Under the pieces are notes generated by a model. The model was not told where the DNA came from and made no database searches. It was given only the letters and a program-made list of their open reading frames with translations. DNA of 64,000 nt from IMG/VR virus record IMGVR_UViG_3300034374_012765. The stretch is one strand, 5' to 3'. Position 1 is the stretch's first letter, and each line of letters opens with the position of its first letter. Source of the stretch: an uncultured virus (IMG/VR IMGVR_UViG_3300034374_012765). Lineage: Duplodnaviria > Heunggongvirae > Uroviricota > Caudoviricetes. This document shows positions 17,691 through 27,979 of this stretch, piece by piece. Both the position numbers and the translations under genes were made by a program.

Positions 17691-17999
17691 ATGACAGAAG
17701 AGGAAAACATTGACGTCCAAATTGAGGATACACTTGAATTCGACGACCAAGAACAGGATTCAACAGAGGATTTTCCGGTAAACCAAGAATTTCCAGGAGA
17801 AACAGACCCGCAAGAAATAGCGGAAGATCCAGAAGGACATAATGGTATATCTGAGATTCCTGACAATGAGGTAGATCGACAAGAGGACGTTGGACTTCAA
17901 AACACCGACCACAATCAACCCGAGATAGAACAACAAAAAACCTCACCTAACCCAACAAGGGTGATGAGGTTTGAAGATTTTATCAGGGATCAATCCTAA
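17691..17999 (+). CDS. highly acidic hypothetical protein
   Basis: D/E-rich; C-terminal VMRFEDF; AATATATA upstream. Confidence 0.6.
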   Translation: MTEEENIDVQIEDTLEFDDQEQDSTEDFPVNQEFPGETDPQEIAEDPEGHNGISEIPDNEVDRQEDVGLQNTDHNQPEIEQQKTSPNPTRVMRFEDFIRDQS

Positions 18000-18179
18000 T
18001 TAATCACCCGATCCGGATCTACCCAGATCTCTCCTGATCAATCTTCTCACGTAATGTGAAATCGACTCTGGAGGTTGTCCCTGGGTCAATGCTTTTTTGG
18101 ATATCTTTTTGCTTAGTTCCTCGAGATCTTCACTAGATAGGAGAACTTGGATCTTTTCAGTTTTTTCTTCGCTAGCCAT
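18000..18179 (-). CDS. small ribbon-helix-helix-like protein (59 aa)
   Basis: Manual translation MASEEKTEKIQVLLSSEDLEEL...SISHYVRRLIRRDL. Confidence 0.55.
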   Translation of the reverse strand: MASEEKTEKIQVLLSSEDLEELSKKISKKALTQGQPPESISHYVRRLIRRDLGRSGSGD

Positions 18180-18220
18180 TTTAGATTGGTTTTTTTATTG
18201 ATTTATATATCCCCGAGGTT

Positions 18221-19699
18221 TCAATTACTCTGATCAAATTCTATACCTCCGTGCCTTTCCCCTTTTGTCTTAAGTGGGGAGTAATCATCGATAGGATCGG
18301 ATATCACAAAAGCCTTATGTGGATTGACCATAACACCCAATCTCTTCATAAGTTTTCGGTTAATAAGCAAAGGGGTGGATTTGGATACCCTATCAGTTGG
18401 TGCTATTTTAACACCTGGTATCTTAACACCATTAAAAATTAGATCAACCTCTATTATTGGTCTCTCTACCGTTTCTCTTCCAATTTCTGTGTTTGTATAT
18501 CCTACTATTTTATTTTCTAACTCAACATCACCGATCTTCCATTTTAGTTGGTCTCCATCTATATTAAGCTCATCCGCATGTATAGAGCTAGCGGTGGAAC
18601 CATTACCAGTATCAAATTTAGCTACAAATTTTCCTATTTGAGGGATTTCCACCGTTTCTAGATATCCCACCTCCATCTTGGTGTAAGACCAATTGTTCTT
18701 GTTGGATATAAAATCGATCACATCACCCACAATAGGTTTTCCTATAGCCTCTGATATACCCTCTGTTCCCGGGGAGGAATTAACCTCCAGAACATAGGGA
18801 TTCCCGGTTTTTGAATCTATCATAATATCAACACCACACCAATGACAAGCTACAGCATTAGCAGATTCGCAAGCTATCTTTTCGATCTCCTCTGTGATTT
18901 CATACGAGGAAACGCTTCCTCCTAGTGAATAGTTAGTTCTGAAATCCTTCTCAACTGCCTCTCTTTTCATAGCACCCAGAATTTCAAAATTATCCTTGCC
19001 AGGATTAAGAGGGTCAAACTTCTTAGTAATGACTTGAACCCTAATATCGAAGTTGGAATCTATTTTTTCCTGGAGTAGGATCTCACCATCCGGATCGAGC
19101 TTCCTTATTGTCTGATATACAGATTTAAGAGAAGCATAGGAATCAACTACGGATACTCCGATTCCCTGAGTACCCGCTAACAGCTTCATTACTATCGGAA
19201 ATTCCCCACCAACTTCTTCGAGCGATCTATCAAGTGTATCTTCTCCACTTACTAAAGAATACCTAGGAACGGGAATTCCTGAATCGTCAAGTACCTGTGA
19301 AGTTGTGTATTTGCTTTCGCAGATCTCTATAGACTCGAGGGAGTTCAGACAAAAGTATCTGGAGTCTTCCAGATCCGACATGATCCTCTTAGTATGCGAG
19401 TTGGTTATGACTCCTCTTCTCGGAACTATGGCTGTAGTTTCCGGGCGTATTAGTATCTCTATGGTTTCATCCCCTTTTTCTTCTCTAAGTAAATGTCCGT
19501 TATAAACCTTCTCGAGTACGCAGTTATTGACATTGACTGCCTTACATTCTATTCCTCTGTTCGAACACTCACTAATGAAAGATTCAGCTGTTTTACTGGG
19601 CGAGGATTGACCACTTAAAATTATTATATCTATTGACCCTCTATCCTCTGCTTCGTTTAAGAAAGAGCTATAATTAAGAGCTGGGGATATTTTTCCCAT
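18221..19699 (-). CDS. RimK-family ATP-grasp ligase fused to a RimK-associated retropepsin-like domain
   Basis: GTQGIGV, LLQEKI, DIRV, FRTNYSLGG and VLEVNSSPG motifs; C-terminal AKFDTG. Confidence 0.85.
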   Translation of the reverse strand: MGKISPALNYSSFLNEAEDRGSIDIIILSGQSSPSKTAESFISECSNRGIECKAVNVNNCVLEKVYNGHLLREEKGDETIEILIRPETTAIVPRRGVITNSHTKRIMSDLEDSRYFCLNSLESIEICESKYTTSQVLDDSGIPVPRYSLVSGEDTLDRSLEEVGGEFPIVMKLLAGTQGIGVSVVDSYASLKSVYQTIRKLDPDGEILLQEKIDSNFDIRVQVITKKFDPLNPGKDNFEILGAMKREAVEKDFRTNYSLGGSVSSYEITEEIEKIACESANAVACHWCGVDIMIDSKTGNPYVLEVNSSPGTEGISEAIGKPIVGDVIDFISNKNNWSYTKMEVGYLETVEIPQIGKFVAKFDTGNGSTASSIHADELNIDGDQLKWKIGDVELENKIVGYTNTEIGRETVERPIIEVDLIFNGVKIPGVKIAPTDRVSKSTPLLINRKLMKRLGVMVNPHKAFVISDPIDDYSPLKTKGERHGGIEFDQSN

Positions 19700-19736
19700 C
19701 GGTTGTTTCTTTTCTTGTATATATCCACGTTTACAT

Positions 19737-20015
19737 CTAGTAGTTCCTTTCCCTGTTATAAACTTCAGATATTATGTAATCTACTTCCAGTGCTGCCTTT
19801 ATATACATAAGCTTCTCGCACTTGTCATATCGGTCCTCCAATAGGAAGAAGTCCAACATCTCTTGTACCCTGCTGAGCTTGTATTTAGGGCTAAAATAGT
19901 CATCCCTCATGAACTCGAAGGTATTCTGGCTTATTACATCAAAGTTTAAATACATCGAATCCCGGTATTCTTCAAAACCAGCATCAATTTCGTCATCTTC
20001 AAAAACTTCTCTCAT
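19737..20015 (-). CDS. hypothetical protein
   Basis: 92-aa ORF; EDRYDKC resembles a UVR-like hairpin. Confidence 0.6.
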   Translation of the reverse strand: MREVFEDDEIDAGFEEYRDSMYLNFDVISQNTFEFMRDDYFSPKYKLSRVQEMLDFFLLEDRYDKCEKLMYIKAALEVDYIISEVYNRERNY

Positions 20016-20185
20016 TTTTGAATCTCCCTTTCCAATTTATGTAGATATTCCATGGATTCAGTGGGACCAATTAAAGCATCGGGTTTATATAGGTAAATTT
20101 CAAGAAACCTTGAGTCGTCATTCATTCTCTCCCTTATTGATTTAAGTTCAGCTAGATCGGGAAGATATCTCTTATTAAATCCCAT
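20012..20185 (-). CDS. small hypothetical protein (57 aa, MGFNKRY...)
   Basis: Manual translation; fills the gap with tight coupling on both sides. Confidence 0.6.
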   Translation of the reverse strand: MGFNKRYLPDLAELKSIRERMNDDSRFLEIYLYKPDALIGPTESMEYLHKLEREIQK

Positions 20186-20186
20186 A

Positions 20187-21332
20187 TTAAAAAAGAGTGT
20201 TTATCATAAATAAATTAGGGCTTATCGGGTTGTAACCCATTACCTCTATAAATCTGTTAATCGGATCAAGGATAGTTTTAGTAAACTGCTCATCAAAATC
20301 TATAGGTGGAGCAAATTCATGTGGGAATGTACCCTGAGCATATGCAAAAACGTTATTTTCCATTACGTTCTTCCTCTTTACAAAATAAAATCTAACCTTT
20401 TCCCCGCCCCCGATCAAGGGATATTTATCCTTGAACTTCGTTGAATTCAGAAGGTAATTGTGATATGCTGATGCTCTAACATGTATAGGACAACCCTTGG
20501 CTACCTCCAGATTGGTTGTGTCATTTAATACAAACTTCTCGTAGTTATTAACCATGATAGCAGCGGATATATTTTCGGGCTCTTGAGCCTTAAAGTCTCT
20601 CTTGATCTTCTTGAGCTCCTGAACAAATTCTCGGAGCTCGAATTTATTACCCTTGCTAAAAATAAATTTGGTTAAGTATATGAGCTTCTCCCTTACGAAT
20701 GATGGGGTTCCGCCTTTCACCATCTCAACCCCAGTAGTTTTGATGGATGTTAAAGGCTCGGAATGTACACCTTCGGAATAAACGATATTGGTAACATATT
20801 TTTTCTTACCCAGGAATATCCCGTTGATGGAGAGAGTCTCCATCTCAAAATCCTGATAATTATCAGTTCCCCATTTTTCTGCGTAGATATCAAAGCACTT
20901 CTTGAGATATCCGACTAATCGATTCTCATTTATTGCTAATATCAAATCCTTTTCACTTCCTTCCCATCCTTCACAAGAGGCTACGACTTCCTGAAAGGTT
21001 ACATAGTTGGAGTCAGTATCACCATAAACGACCATCGGCTTGTGTATCTTCTTAACCGATGTTAGTCCCAGCTTATCATGCAATTCCTTGTCCTTATGCC
21101 AAAACTCATGAAAATACTTATCGAGAATCTTCTCGGAGTGCTTAATCAAGCTTTGTCCTTGTAGGGTAACAGCTTCAGCTACTTCGGGATTAAAACAGGC
21201 AAACCAGCTATTCCCTATTGCACCATAAATGGAATTCATGGTAAGTTTTACAGCTTGCTCCTCGTTCTTAAGCTCATTCTTAAGAGCCGTAAGAACCTCA
21301 ATTTTTTCCTTTAATTCTTCCCTCTCAGACAT
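20187..21332 (-). CDS. family B DNA polymerase, C-terminal subunit (gp43B-like)
   Basis: Motif B KLTMNSIYG, motif C YGDTDS, KKKY; no exonuclease domain or motif A. Confidence 0.9.
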   Translation of the reverse strand: MSEREELKEKIEVLTALKNELKNEEQAVKLTMNSIYGAIGNSWFACFNPEVAEAVTLQGQSLIKHSEKILDKYFHEFWHKDKELHDKLGLTSVKKIHKPMVVYGDTDSNYVTFQEVVASCEGWEGSEKDLILAINENRLVGYLKKCFDIYAEKWGTDNYQDFEMETLSINGIFLGKKKYVTNIVYSEGVHSEPLTSIKTTGVEMVKGGTPSFVREKLIYLTKFIFSKGNKFELREFVQELKKIKRDFKAQEPENISAAIMVNNYEKFVLNDTTNLEVAKGCPIHVRASAYHNYLLNSTKFKDKYPLIGGGEKVRFYFVKRKNVMENNVFAYAQGTFPHEFAPPIDFDEQFTKTILDPINRFIEVMGYNPISPNLFMINTLF

Positions 21333-21340
21333 AGCTTATC

Positions 21341-22099
21341 TTACTTCTCTATAATACCCACAGCAGTTGATGTATCGGACTGCTCAGAAAAAAACACGAT
21401 TCTGTTTTCGTGCAAATAACATCCACACGTTTCAGTATCAACATAGTTGAGATGTGATTTATAGATGGAGGATTCTGTGCTACCCTCAACGGAAATCTCA
21501 TCCGGGCCTATGTTTAGCTTATAATTGAATGAATCCCCATTGATTTTCACATTCTCAGCGTCTACCTTGTAGACTAGAAGTTCCTCGGAATTACTTTCCA
21601 ACCCACATAGGGCCATTACAGAGGAGAAATCCGAACTATAGATCTTAAACTTTGAGAGAGGATCCTCCTTTGAATGCACTATGGAAAGGATATTGTCCTC
21701 AACATATGATATCAGGGAAAGATCTGCACATCTAATTTTAATCTGGAGAGAATTTGATATAACATGTAGTTGTGTAGCTACGCAATCTCCATCAATCTCA
21801 GAAACCTCGAGATCAAGATGTATATCCTCCTCCGGCCTGAAGTGCTTGAAGCAATCCATGAGTCTAGTGACGTCGATTAAACCGATCTTTATTCTATCAC
21901 AGGACCCATCTAATTCAGGCATTTCATCAAATACCTGATCAACATCCACCGAGGCATACTTCATAACAGATTTATCGGGGGTGTGGACCTTACAAAAGAG
22001 CTTCTCGCTATCTAATTCAAGAAGGACGCTCTTATCAACAACCTTCAGCTTCTTCAGGAAAGAAATAAGGTTGCTGGTGCTGGTTACTCTAATCTTCAT
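21341..22099 (-). CDS. putative sliding clamp (gp45/PCNA-like)
   Basis: 252 aa, acidic, two-repeat alpha/beta pattern, adjacent to polymerase; inferred, no diagnostic motif. Confidence 0.5.
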   Translation of the reverse strand: MKIRVTSTSNLISFLKKLKVVDKSVLLELDSEKLFCKVHTPDKSVMKYASVDVDQVFDEMPELDGSCDRIKIGLIDVTRLMDCFKHFRPEEDIHLDLEVSEIDGDCVATQLHVISNSLQIKIRCADLSLISYVEDNILSIVHSKEDPLSKFKIYSSDFSSVMALCGLESNSEELLVYKVDAENVKINGDSFNYKLNIGPDEISVEGSTESSIYKSHLNYVDTETCGCYLHENRIVFFSEQSDTSTAVGIIEK

Positions 22100-22154
22100 A
22101 GTGTTAATATTTAGATCTTCTATGACGACACTGTAGATTGTTTTCGATTAAAAC

Positions 22155-22184
22155 AAAAAATCCCAGCCTTTTTTGCTGGGATTT
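22155..22184 (-). terminator. intrinsic terminator
   Basis: tcccagc/gctggga stem with A and T tracts. Confidence 0.7.
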
Positions 22185-22209
22185 AAATCTCGTTAAGTTA
22201 CATTATATC

Positions 22210-23133
22210 TTACCTCATGCCAGTAGATCTAATGGTATCTATTATAACTTGCTTAGTAGCTGGGTCTAAGGTCTTTGCCCATTTCTTTACTGAAGGGACA
22301 TCAGTGGGGATAGTCGATTGACTGTCATTTTTTGATCCTCCGGTAGACTTAGATTTGGCCAGATCTGCACTAAAAGAGGAAAGCTGCTTCTCTAGCTCCG
22401 CAAGGGATTTCTTAGCTTCAGGAGACTTTATATCGGATTTCACATCCTCTACGTTGCCATCCTCTACCTCCGGTTTCTTTAATAGCTTGAAATCTATCTT
22501 TTTACTACCAAGTCTGGAATTAAGATCCGTAAATAAATCGGAAAGCATCTTGTTTGACATCTCAACTCTTCTTCCACCGAAAAGTCGAGAAAATGTGTTT
22601 CCCATCAATTCTATGAAAAGATTAGCCTGTTCTTCTACAATCATACTATAAGTAGGATTATACAGTGCATCAGCTAATCCGTCCATCACTTCATCGTACG
22701 TGGTCTCAGGGGATAGGACGGTATATTTCTTGAGAAGTTTTTTCTCGGGTTCACTGAATTCACTCCATACTTTAGGCCAAGCTTCCTTCCAAAATTGTTG
22801 TGGAGTTATGACTTTCTCTTTTATAACGTCCTTTCCCTCATATTTAATTCCCGGGATTATATAGGGGACCAAAGCAGGAAATATCTTTTTGGCCATCCTA
22901 TTAAAAGCTACCAAGAAGATCGGCCTTGCAGCATTCACAACATTTTCTTTGGAAACTTCCCTAATGTTTTCCAAACAGGTATCAACAACATTCAGTGAGA
23001 TCTCATATGGCTTTACGGACTGGTTGTTTATTTTAATCTCACTGTCTATAGGGAGTCCTGACTTCTCCCAGTCAACTTGAAGTCCCTCATCGATTGCGGT
23101 TAGGAAGTAGTGGTCTACATAGTCATTAATCAT
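22210..23133 (-). CDS. hypothetical protein
   Basis: 307-aa ORF. Confidence 0.7.
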   Translation of the reverse strand: MINDYVDHYFLTAIDEGLQVDWEKSGLPIDSEIKINNQSVKPYEISLNVVDTCLENIREVSKENVVNAARPIFLVAFNRMAKKIFPALVPYIIPGIKYEGKDVIKEKVITPQQFWKEAWPKVWSEFSEPEKKLLKKYTVLSPETTYDEVMDGLADALYNPTYSMIVEEQANLFIELMGNTFSRLFGGRRVEMSNKMLSDLFTDLNSRLGSKKIDFKLLKKPEVEDGNVEDVKSDIKSPEAKKSLAELEKQLSSFSADLAKSKSTGGSKNDSQSTIPTDVPSVKKWAKTLDPATKQVIIDTIRSTGMR

Positions 23134-23154
23134 GGATAACCTGTATAATTTATC

Positions 23155-24528
23155 CTATATATCCTCCTCGTCATCTGTTAATTCAAAAATCTCCACCTCG
23201 GGATCTATCTCCTGGGGAGTTCTAACGTTGGATTTAGGAAGTAGAGAAGCAGCCTTGGTTTTTCTAAGAGAAGCTGTTACTTTTTTAACCACCGATTCCT
23301 GCTTCTTAATTAGGGCCTGAGTTTTTCTAATCTCACTTTTAACTCTTTTTATTTCATCCTCGGTCTCCTTGATGTGATCAGAAGAGAGCTTTATAATTTG
23401 GATAGATGATAGCTTCTGTGATATCCACTTTTTGAATCCAGATAAGAAAGATATAATTTCACTATTCTTCCTCTTCTTCTCGCTCATGTAGAGCAGGAAC
23501 TTTAACTTGGCCTCCAAGAATTCGAGATCAAGGTTAAGATTCACCTCGTCTCTAATTAGTCTCTTCAAGCGGACATTCTCTAAGTGAACCCTGAACGCAT
23601 CCAGATACTCTTTTACGGAGTCAAATTGAGCAACAAGCCCGTCTTTGATTAAGACGACATCCTCTTTCACCACTATCTTCGTTTGTTTCTTAATAAGCTC
23701 AACAGCAGAATCAAATTCCTTAGTTGGCACCTTATTTAGATACACCGTAACATCGCAGGTACTCTGAGAATTATTGTTGACCCTAAATTCCCAATCTGAA
23801 AAATCCAGCTTGGATAGGAGCTTTTTCATGAATGAGTCATACCTCATAACGGGAGGAAGATCAAAAATTCTAACTGTCTTCCTAGTTTTATTGACCTCAA
23901 ATCCGCTCTCCAGAATCCAGATATTATCCTCTGGACCAACCTTATAAATTTTCCCTCTGAAGTCTTTGAAATATGGTTTCAATAACTTATTCTTCCCCTC
24001 CAAATACTCCACTATATCCTCCATCTTACGGGGAAGTATATTACTCCGGTACCCAACCGCAATACCGACCACATGGGTAAGAAGACCCACAGGAACTTCC
24101 AGATGTATCCAATCATGACCACCCTCCTCATTCTTCTCATTGAGATCCTCATGTCTCTTGACTATATCCTTTATATCCCGGTTTATTCTTACCGAGGTAT
24201 ATCTGGGAGCGGAAGGGTTAGGGTTAACAGGAGATCCAAAAAACCCATCCCCCTCGAGTATAGGATAGGCACAGCCAAAAGGTCGAGCCAATTTTGATAT
24301 AGCGCCAGCCAGCGAAGAATCGCCATGATGATATAGGCCAGTTCTTATCACCTCTCCCACGAGGCCAACGGTCTTATTGAAAGAATTTGGCGAATTTTCT
24401 ATTATTATTCTCTGTACCGGGGTCAAGGAATCATAGAAATTAGGTATTCCTCTAGCCTGCAAGACATATAAGGCATATTCCCTATATTTCTGGTTTATCT
24501 GATCCGTAATGGTTAAAGTAGAGCTCAA
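23155..24528 (-). CDS. type IIA topoisomerase subunit A (gp52/GyrA/ParC-like)
   Basis: DSLTPVQR, YHHGDSS, catalytic APRYT and GIAVGY motifs. Confidence 0.9.
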   Translation of the reverse strand: MSSTLTITDQINQKYREYALYVLQARGIPNFYDSLTPVQRIIIENSPNSFNKTVGLVGEVIRTGLYHHGDSSLAGAISKLARPFGCAYPILEGDGFFGSPVNPNPSAPRYTSVRINRDIKDIVKRHEDLNEKNEEGGHDWIHLEVPVGLLTHVVGIAVGYRSNILPRKMEDIVEYLEGKNKLLKPYFKDFRGKIYKVGPEDNIWILESGFEVNKTRKTVRIFDLPPVMRYDSFMKKLLSKLDFSDWEFRVNNNSQSTCDVTVYLNKVPTKEFDSAVELIKKQTKIVVKEDVVLIKDGLVAQFDSVKEYLDAFRVHLENVRLKRLIRDEVNLNLDLEFLEAKLKFLLYMSEKKRKNSEIISFLSGFKKWISQKLSSIQIIKLSSDHIKETEDEIKRVKSEIRKTQALIKKQESVVKKVTASLRKTKAASLLPKSNVRTPQEIDPEVEIFELTDDEEDI

Positions 24529-24606
24529 ATCCGAGTTATTTTGTGTCTTTTCTATAAGGACATCGTGATTTTGTTTCTATATTGGTAAAGCAAAAAAATA
24601 AGACAA

Positions 24607-24750
24607 ATGCCCAAATCAAAAATCCACAGAAAAAAGAAGCAGGGATCAACAATCATCATTGTACATCCCAAGGGTGAGATTCCAGATATGGTAATGGACA
24701 GAAAGGAGAGAAGAAAAATTATGAGAAAGGAGAGAGGATCTACTAGCTAA
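24607..24750 (+). CDS. small basic hypothetical protein (47 aa)
   Basis: Manual translation MPKSKIHRKKKQG...RKERRKIMRKERGSTS. Confidence 0.4.
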   Translation: MPKSKIHRKKKQGSTIIIVHPKGEIPDMVMDRKERRKIMRKERGSTS

Positions 24751-25951
24751 GAGATGAAATAACGCTCTCTATTTCCTTACGTGCACTCGAATCTAATTTA
24801 TCCAACTCTAACAAATACACATCTACTTTACTTTGCTTGTTCTTCTCAAGAGCGTAAAGAGTGTTGGAGAGTCCACTCGAATCCTCGAAAACAAAACATC
24901 CAGCTGAATAACTATTTATTTTTTCAGTAGATCCTGAGCGATCAGCTCTGTGGATGTTTATTCCAAACTTACCGGATTCAGAGTTACCAGGAGAATAAGT
25001 GGTATATTTGGCATCGCCTGGAGATGCAACAGGAACGTATCGATGCACCTTTACGCTTCCGTCCTGTACCAATGCCTGGTAGCCTCTATGGCTTCCGATC
25101 TTATATGAATATTTACCAGGTTGTACGATAGCTAAACCCTTTGGATTAATCGAGGAATCCGGGTTAGCAGCAACATACCAGTTTCTGAAAGGAACCGCCA
25201 AATACAAAGGACCAGGAGTAGTCGTTGCTTCAAACATCCGAATAATCTTATCCTTTTTTGGGTTCATCACAATAATCCAATCTGTGAAGTGGTTTTGATG
25301 TCCAATCTTCTCGGAGAGGTTATTTCTTATCGCAATAAGGTTAACTTCTTTGGTGTTAACCTTATATCCCTCATCCGTAAGTGCTTTCTTGACCGCATCC
25401 CACCTTTCATCATCGGTATCAGTGTGGGATCTTTTCTTGGACCAAGAACCGTAATTATATGGGGAGCTGGGAGGCAATAGACTAGACGATGGTTCCATCA
25501 CCGCGTTTTCATCCTCTGCTGCGGCTTTTATAGATTCCACATTGTTATCAAATTGGTCCTTGTCCGCTCTAGATTTATTGAGCCTATCCAAAACCGAACC
25601 AACAGTCATAGGGGAATCAGATACCGATTGAGTTGGTACACCCTCTTGAGCAATATAATCCGGATTATTAGCCAAAATCTTAGCTAGGCCCGCTCCGGCA
25701 GGAGTTGCTAATAGTAGGTCTATTGCCTTTATGCTTCCAATGTCACCCACCTTAGGTTGGTCGACTTGTTGCTGGTTGGGACCTGATGATAAGGCTATAT
25801 TAGTCCTAGCTTGGTTTATTCGATCGCTGTTTTTCTGTATTTGATCCGCTAAGGCGTGAAGTTGAGCTTTAGCAGGATCTAATGTCCCGCTAGAGTTTTC
25901 ATTTAATATCTCTTCCCTGAAATCACTGAAGTTAAGTATCCTGCTATCCAT
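24743..25951 (-). CDS. protein with C-terminal YkuD/L,D-transpeptidase-like domain
   Basis: GINIHRA...YSAGC His/Cys pattern; N-terminal FSDF...LNE tag. Confidence 0.55.
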   Translation of the reverse strand: MDSRILNFSDFREEILNENSSGTLDPAKAQLHALADQIQKNSDRINQARTNIALSSGPNQQQVDQPKVGDIGSIKAIDLLLATPAGAGLAKILANNPDYIAQEGVPTQSVSDSPMTVGSVLDRLNKSRADKDQFDNNVESIKAAAEDENAVMEPSSSLLPPSSPYNYGSWSKKRSHTDTDDERWDAVKKALTDEGYKVNTKEVNLIAIRNNLSEKIGHQNHFTDWIIVMNPKKDKIIRMFEATTTPGPLYLAVPFRNWYVAANPDSSINPKGLAIVQPGKYSYKIGSHRGYQALVQDGSVKVHRYVPVASPGDAKYTTYSPGNSESGKFGINIHRADRSGSTEKINSYSAGCFVFEDSSGLSNTLYALEKNKQSKVDVYLLELDKLDSSARKEIESVISSLS

Positions 25952-25997
25952 GCAAACCCAATGTGTTTGTTCTATTTATCTGTTTCCAAATAACTTT

Positions 25998-26327
25998 CTA
26001 TTCCTTTATGAGATAAACTATCAGGGAATCCAGAATCACACTAACCCCACTATTCAAAAAACCATAGGAAATACAAGTTAGAAAGACCTCGGATAGCCAG
26101 TGAGAGGAAAGTACCCAGGAATCCACGGGATTAGTAACAACACCAGTAAATGAAAGAATTCCTAGAAAAACCCCTACCCAAAATCCACTACATTGTATAC
26201 ACGTAAGCAGTTTGGAAAGTGAGGGAGCTTTGACTTGAAGATATACGCGGAGTCCGTCGAATATTGTTCCGTTAACTAGAATACTGGTAATAGACCAGCC
26301 GATAATGAGTGTAATTAAAAATTCCAT
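25998..26327 (-). CDS. DUF1360-like membrane protein
   Basis: LLTCIQCSGFWVG between TM helices. Confidence 0.6.
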   Translation of the reverse strand: MEFLITLIIGWSITSILVNGTIFDGLRVYLQVKAPSLSKLLTCIQCSGFWVGVFLGILSFTGVVTNPVDSWVLSSHWLSEVFLTCISYGFLNSGVSVILDSLIVYLIKE

Positions 26328-26328
26328 A

Positions 26329-27357
26329 TCAAAATATTTTCTTGTATTCTTCTAAAAATTCCCTCTGCTCCTGGGATAGAACAGGAGGGACCGAGACATC
26401 TATTCTCACTAGGATATCACCTCTAAAATTATTTCCAAATTCAGGCACCCCCTTCCCAGCTAATCTAAATATCTTACCTGGGCTGGTTCCAGGAGGGATA
26501 GTTATCTTATATTCCCCACCTGTTGAGATATTCGGAATTTTAATCTCACTGCCAAGACAAACTTCAGGGAATGTAAGGGTTTCAGAACATATGAGGTTTA
26601 GTCCATCCCTTTTATAAAATGGATGCGGCATGTCAAAAACGGTAATAATCAGATCCCCGGGATCGGAAGGAGATTTAGCCATATCACCCTTTCCGCTTAA
26701 GGTAAAACTAATACCTGATACAGATCCCTTAGGTATATTGATATCTACCTTATCCTGTCTTCTCTCCGTTCCTTGGCCTCCGCAGGAAGGGCAAATGGTT
26801 TTCGGAGTTTTTCCAGTACCAGAGCAAGAGTAACAGGTTTCGTCCATAGCTATCTGCCCGAAATTGCTATTTACTATTTTCCTCTTTACCCCAATCCCGC
26901 TGCAGACCTGACATGTATCCATCTGTCCATCCTTAGCACCGGTACCCATACAAGGGCTACATTGCATCCTTCTAAAGATATTAGCGGATTTTTTGGTTCC
27001 GTTAATAACCTCCTCGAGGTTTATCTCAACCCTGGCATTGATGTTCTTTCCCCTTTTGATTATCTCCTGCTCGGAAAAACCACCGAATGGGTTAAAACCA
27101 CCGGGGAATGGGTTACCTGAAGAAAATGTGCTATGAGAAGAAAATGGGTTGGGGTTATCGTAATCTCTCCTTTTTTGAGGATTACCTAGGATTTCATAGG
27201 CCTCAGCTATTTCCTTAAACTTATTCTCGGAATCCTTATCGTTACCAGTTTTATCCGGGTGATACTTCTGAACGAGCTTACGATAAGATTTCTTTATCTC
27301 GTCCTGAGTAGCAGTTCGTTGAACTTCTAATATCCTGTAGTAATCCTTTGTCATCAA
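26329..27357 (-). CDS. dnaJ: DnaJ chaperone
   Basis: J-domain HPD, G/F region, four CxxCxGxG repeats. Confidence 0.95.
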   Translation of the reverse strand: MMTKDYYRILEVQRTATQDEIKKSYRKLVQKYHPDKTGNDKDSENKFKEIAEAYEILGNPQKRRDYDNPNPFSSHSTFSSGNPFPGGFNPFGGFSEQEIIKRGKNINARVEINLEEVINGTKKSANIFRRMQCSPCMGTGAKDGQMDTCQVCSGIGVKRKIVNSNFGQIAMDETCYSCSGTGKTPKTICPSCGGQGTERRQDKVDINIPKGSVSGISFTLSGKGDMAKSPSDPGDLIITVFDMPHPFYKRDGLNLICSETLTFPEVCLGSEIKIPNISTGGEYKITIPPGTSPGKIFRLAGKGVPEFGNNFRGDILVRIDVSVPPVLSQEQREFLEEYKKIF

Positions 27358-27360
27358 TAA

Positions 27361-27708
27361 TTAGAAAGATGACTTAAGCCACTCCCTAATTACCATCTCT
27401 TTTCCTCTATCGGAATCAGGTACCATTTTCCACTTAGATAGAAGCTCATTCTCCAGTGATAGAATTTCCCCGCAAATTTCATAGCTCTCTTCATTTTCCC
27501 AGTATTTGCACATTTTTTTGCAGAAATCTGAGATCTGCTCCTTACTGGCAAATATGTAGATGAACTCCTGGCTTTGGCCTCGTAGGGCTTCCAAAAAAAG
27601 ATCCTGGACTGCTCTCTCGACGTGACACTTTAAAACTGAAAGCTGAGGATGATCTTCAAAGGAAGATCTCCAATCTGGAAAATGTTGATTGTCGAAAGAT
27701 AGATTCAT
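27361..27708 (-). CDS. hypothetical protein
   Basis: 115-aa ORF; EESYEIC UVR-like element. Confidence 0.6.
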   Translation of the reverse strand: MNLSFDNQHFPDWRSSFEDHPQLSVLKCHVERAVQDLFLEALRGQSQEFIYIFASKEQISDFCKKMCKYWENEESYEICGEILSLENELLSKWKMVPDSDRGKEMVIREWLKSSF

Positions 27709-27715
27709 GCCGGTT

Positions 27716-27979
27716 TTATTTAATGGTATCTAGAAATTTATATATCTCCACATAAATTTCATGTTCGCTCAAATCTAAATAATTTAGGTTTAATTTTTTC
27801 AATGCCCAATCAGTTTTTTTTGAACCAAATTTTTCAAACAGCACTTCACGCTTGATTTGAGCTTCCATTTCAGTGTCCCTGCTATAAGAAACACCAGAGT
27901 CTTTTAGAGAAATAATCTTCTCCTCGAACTCTCTTAACCTTTCATAGTCTTCTTTCTTTAATTCGTGGTTTCCTGACAT
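27716..27979 (-). CDS. hypothetical protein
   Basis: 87-aa ORF. Confidence 0.55.
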   Translation of the reverse strand: MSGNHELKKEDYERLREFEEKIISLKDSGVSYSRDTEMEAQIKREVLFEKFGSKKTDWALKKLNLNYLDLSEHEIYVEIYKFLDTIK

